From positions 1 to 64,000 of the forward strand of contig CAVUXE010000058.1 of assembly GCA_963745235.1 (NCBI GenBank): a DNA stretch of 64,000 nt. The letters are read 5' to 3'. Source of the stretch: an uncultured Spirochaetota bacterium (GTDB lineage Bacteria > Spirochaetota > Spirochaetia > SZUA-6 > Fen-1364). The notes beneath the pieces are model-generated. The model had not been told where the DNA came from. It ran no database searches and worked only from the letters and a program-made list of their open reading frames with translations. Shown here in pieces: positions 60,421 to 64,000 of this stretch. The translations under genes and the position numbers were made by a program. Position 1 is the first letter of the stretch. Each line of letters opens with the position of its first letter.

Positions 60421-61095
60421 TTGAGCAGAAAAGCTTTCATACTTTCTCTTTTTCTCATTTTCGTTGCATGCCTGTCGTTCGCGCAGGAGATGGTGTCCGC
60501 GGAGAAGTTCTTTGCCGCCCTGTCGACAAGCTTCGGGGCGGTCAAGGACTACGAAGCGGCAATCACCATTACGCAGGGGAAGTCCGTTTCTCATGGAAAG
60601 GTTTCCTATAAGACTCCGTTCTACCTCCGTATTGATTTTGATGACCCCAAGGGCCAGGTGGTCGTCTTCAACGGGGAGACGCTCACGTTCTACTCTCCCC
60701 AGTACGAGGTTGTCCTCGAGCAGAAGTACAAGAAGAAGGGCGCGGCCCAGATAGAGAATCTTGCCAGCAGCCAGGGGCTGACGCTCCTGCAGCGCAACTA
60801 CTCCATGGCGTACCTCACAGGGCCCGCGCCTGTTCCGCTGGAGGACGGCTCACGGGAGATGGTCGTGAAGATGAAGCTGACCTCGCATGGCACGACGGGC
60901 TTCAACCAGCTCATCGTCTCCGTAAAGGACCAGCTCATCAGGAGGATCGAAGGGACAGAGGTGAACGGAGACAAGGTCACGATGGACATCGCCAACATCC
61001 GCGTCAACCAGGGCGTGCCTGACGAACGGTTCAACTATGACCCTCCGCCCTATGCGAATGTCATCTCCGACTGGCTCTTTGATCCGGAAGAGTGA
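60421..61095 (+). CDS. lolA: LolA-family lipoprotein carrier
   Basis: Signal peptide. GKVSYKTPFYLRIDF, FNGETL and FNYDPP motifs. Lies upstream of rodZ-rimO. TTGACA promoter at 60338. Confidence 0.75.
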   Translation: MSRKAFILSLFLIFVACLSFAQEMVSAEKFFAALSTSFGAVKDYEAAITITQGKSVSHGKVSYKTPFYLRIDFDDPKGQVVVFNGETLTFYSPQYEVVLEQKYKKKGAAQIENLASSQGLTLLQRNYSMAYLTGPAPVPLEDGSREMVVKMKLTSHGTTGFNQLIVSVKDQLIRRIEGTEVNGDKVTMDIANIRVNQGVPDERFNYDPPPYANVISDWLFDPEE

Positions 61096-61100
61096 GGCAT

Positions 61101-62240
61101 ATGGAATCGATCGGTGAGAAGCTTCGGCTCGCCCGAGAGCGGAACAACCTGACGATAGACCAGATTGCCCGAGACACCCATGTTGCGAAACGGTTCCTGA
61201 AGGCGCTGGAGGACGAGGACTTCTCCGTTTTCCCGGGTGAAACGTATGTCATGGGTTTCCTGCGCAACTATTCAGAATACCTGGGGCTGAATCCCGAGGA
61301 GCTGATCACCGTCTACCGCAACATCAAGATCCAGGAGCAGCCGCTGCCCATGAGCGAGCTCCTGGAGTCGAAACCGAAATACCCGCCGCTCCTGGTGGTC
61401 GTTGCCGTGGTCACCGCCGTGCTCATCCTTGGCGCAACCGGCTACCTCATCTATCGGGCAGCCTCCCACGGCGGGGGAACCGCGCCTGCCTCTGCCGGAT
61501 CACAGCCGGGCGGCCACCAGGAGTTCGTCTTTCAGGACGAGGTCCGCACCATGTGGTTCGCGTCGGGAGACGTGATCAGCGTGCCGATTTCCGGCAAATC
61601 ATATCGCATCCAGATCGGCTCGATCGGAGATACGCTGACTCTCAAGGTGCCGGGCGGCACGGTGGATCTCAGCCTCGGCAAGGAGAGATACATAGACCTG
61701 CAGGGGGATTCCTCCGCTGACGTCAAGATCGTCTGGAATGACGTGGACCGCACCTCCCCGCAGATGCGGGTGAACCTGGGGCTCTACCGCACCTCGGGTC
61801 AACCGGCCGACACCTCCGCGGGAGCGGGCACGCCTGCGGCGGCCGGGCAGGCCCCGGATACCGGCGCCAACGCGGTCCCGGCCGCGGCTGCCGCTCCGCC
61901 CATGCGGAGCGCGGACTTCGCCCCCGTTGCCCTCCTGAAGAACGCCTCCTCCGAACCATTCACTCTTGCCTTCACCTTCAAGGGAGACTGCCTGTTCCGT
62001 TTCCTCGTGGACGACAAGGATCGGGAGGACCGCTTCTTCCAGAAAGGTGAGCAGTTCAGCATCGAGGCCGCCAGGAACCAGGTTACCATCTGGATGTCCA
62101 ATGCCGGTGCCGCCCGGATGCGCGTGGACAACAGGGATTTCGAGCTGGGCGCGCTCGGAGAGGTTGCCACACGGAAGGTCGCCTGGCGCAAGGATGCCGC
62201 GGCGGCCGGGTATGTCCTCGAGATCACGGCGCTCTACTAG
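61101..62240 (+). CDS. rodZ: RodZ-like helix-turn-helix membrane protein
   Basis: SIGEKLRLARE...YVMGFLRNYSEYLGL, one TM segment, C-terminal SNAGA (DUF4115-like). Confidence 0.75.
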   Translation: MESIGEKLRLARERNNLTIDQIARDTHVAKRFLKALEDEDFSVFPGETYVMGFLRNYSEYLGLNPEELITVYRNIKIQEQPLPMSELLESKPKYPPLLVVVAVVTAVLILGATGYLIYRAASHGGGTAPASAGSQPGGHQEFVFQDEVRTMWFASGDVISVPISGKSYRIQIGSIGDTLTLKVPGGTVDLSLGKERYIDLQGDSSADVKIVWNDVDRTSPQMRVNLGLYRTSGQPADTSAGAGTPAAAGQAPDTGANAVPAAAAAPPMRSADFAPVALLKNASSEPFTLAFTFKGDCLFRFLVDDKDREDRFFQKGEQFSIEAARNQVTIWMSNAGAARMRVDNRDFELGALGEVATRKVAWRKDAAAAGYVLEITALY

Positions 62241-63559
62241 GCGCGAAGGTCCCGGGATCCCTCCCTCCCGCTCTTTCCACATAGAGAGCCTCGGTTGCGC
62301 AAAGAACCAGGTGGATTCCGAGCTGATGATGGCTGCTCTCCAGAGGAAGGGGTGGTCCCTTGCGGAGGGCCCCGAGGCTGCCGATGTCCTGATCGTGAAC
62401 ACGTGCGGTTTCATCTCCGCGGCAAAGAAGGAATCCCTCGAAACGACCCTGGAGCTCAAGGCGCGCTATCCCGGGCAAGAAGGTCATCATGGTGGGCTGC
62501 CTGAGCGAACGCTACGGGAAGGCGCTGGAGGACCAGCTGCCTGAGCTGGACGGCTTCCTTGGCAACAAGGACCCCGCCGCAATTGTGGGCCTGGTGGAAG
62601 GCACCGGCGCGGCGGCCCCCGGCACTCGCATCCCGCGCCTGGAGAGGACCCGCCTTCTCTCGTTTCCCGGGACCGCATATGTGAAGATCGCGGAAGGATG
62701 CGCCAACCGCTGCACATACTGCGCGATCCCCCTGATCCGCGGCGACCTCTCCTCCCGGCCCGTAGAATCCATCACCGAAGAGGTCCGGGGGCTTCTGCGC
62801 CGGGGAGTGAAAGAGCTCGTGCTCATCGCGCAGGACCTCGGAAGCTTCGGCTCAGACCGCGACGGGCCCGAGTTGCCCCTCCTTCTGCGGGAGATCGCCT
62901 CACTGCCCGGGCAATTCTGGGTGCGGCTCCTGTACATCCATCCCGACAAGTTCCCCCGGGGAATCCTGGACATCATGGCTGCCGACCCGAGGTTTCTTCC
63001 CTATTTCGACCTGCCCTTTCAACACGCCTCCCCCGGTATCCTTCGCGCCATGGGTCGCAGGGGAGTCCCCGAGGCGAACCTCGGGCTCCTGGAAGAAATC
63101 CGCCTCCGGCTCCCGCGGGCGGTGATTCGGTCCACGTTCCTTGTCGGGTTCCCCGGAGAATCGGATGCAGACTTCCAGCGTCTCCTCGATTTCCAGGAGA
63201 AGGCGAGGTTCGACTGGCTCGGCGCTTTCACCTATTCGCGGGAGGAAGACACCCCCGCGTATTCGATGAAAGACCAGGTTCCCAAGGCGGTTGCGGAGAA
63301 GAGGCTGCGCGAGGTCGAAAGCCGGCAGACCCTCGCGACAGCGGGAGCGCTGGATGCGCAGGTCGGGAGGACGCTCGACATCCTTGTCGAGGAGAGAGTG
63401 GACGGAGAAGACATGAGCATCGGAAGGGCATACCTCCATGCCCCCGATGTGGACGGGCTCGTGGTAGTGCGCAGGAGCCTTCCCCCGGGGGAGTGGGTGC
63501 GGGCGCGCATCACCCGTCGCAACGGGGTGGACCTCGAAGCAGAGCCGGCGCATGAGTGA
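62212..63559 (+). CDS. rimO: Ribosomal protein S12 methylthiotransferase RimO, frameshift near 62474, start uncertain
   Basis: SLGCAKNQVDSE, NTCGFI, EGCANRCTYCAIP and APDVDG motifs. Confidence 0.9.
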
Positions 63560-64000
63560 ACCTTCCTGGCTCGAGTCACTCAACGAAGAGCAGAAAGAGG
63601 CTGTCGTTCACGAGGGGGGCCCTCTCCTCATCCTTGCGGGCGCAGGCTCGGGAAAGACGCGGGTCATCACCACGAAGATCGCCTATCTGCTAGAATGCAA
63701 GGGCCTGAGTCCGCGCTCCATCCTTGCCGTGACCTTCACCAACAAGGCGGCCCAGGAAATGAAGGGGCGCGTCCTGACCATGGTCCCGCGCGCGCAGGAT
63801 GTCATGGTCAGGACTTTCCATTCCTTCGGCGCGTGGTTCCTCCGCGTCAACGCCGCACTGGCGGGACTGACGCCGCATTTTCACATCTATGACGAGGACG
63901 ACTCACTGTCCCTCTTGAAAGGCTGCCTTGAGAATGCGGGGGACAAGGGGGCCCTGAGACAGGTGTACAACCAGATCAGCAGGGTCAAAGATTTCGCGCT
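63552..64000 (+). CDS. UvrD/PcrA-family helicase (runs off window)
   Basis: LNEEQKEAV, LAGAGSGKTRVIT, TFTNKAA and TFHSFG motifs. Confidence 0.9.
   Translation, partial: MSEPSWLESLNEEQKEAVVHEGGPLLILAGAGSGKTRVITTKIAYLLECKGLSPRSILAVTFTNKAAQEMKGRVLTMVPRAQDVMVRTFHSFGAWFLRVNAALAGLTPHFHIYDEDDSLSLLKGCLENAGDKGALRQVYNQISRVKDFA

Noticed and set aside
6870-62480. Frameshifts in malic enzyme, macroglobulin, transposon orfA/orfB, clpX, lon, histidine kinase, pyrH and rimO as programmed frameshifting or true pseudogenes
   Set aside because: Most are one extra base in a short G/C run (for example GGC to GGGC in the clpX, lon and rimO motifs). They hit essential genes such as pyrH and lack slippery heptamers, so long-read indel error is the simplest explanation. 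Read polishing would confirm.

Overview
GC-rich bacterial chromosomal window, most consistent with a free-living Spirochaetota genome. This is inferred from the archaeal-type UMP kinase, tRNA-Arg(UCG), a large FlgD-Ig-tailed surface protein and the lolA-rodZ-rimO order. Many genes (clpX, lon, pyrH, rimO, malic enzyme, alpha-2-macroglobulin, a histidine kinase) are broken by single-base indels in short homopolymers, which looks like long-read assembly error. Core content: alpha-2-macroglobulin, five tRNAs without encoded CCA, tig-clpP-clpX-lon, a YesM/YesN two-component system with a tandem sugar-binding lipoprotein and a YtfQRT-YjfF-type ABC transporter, acnA, pyrH/serA, lolA-rodZ-rimO-uvrD. 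Two accessory blocks follow tRNA-Lys and tRNA-Gly and contain several gene remnants. Three mobile elements can be resolved nearly to the base. (1) A 3,064-bp three-gene Mu/Tn7-like element (Zn-ribbon protein, DDE transposase, AAA+ ATPase; TGT...ACA ends; 5-bp target duplication) splits a DUF71 gene. (2) An IS1182 element. (3) An IS110-family recombinase inserted at the pyrH TAG stop codon, with a reconstructable circle-junction promoter and a structured ~230-nt candidate bridge RNA. All family assignments come from motif recognition, not database searches.
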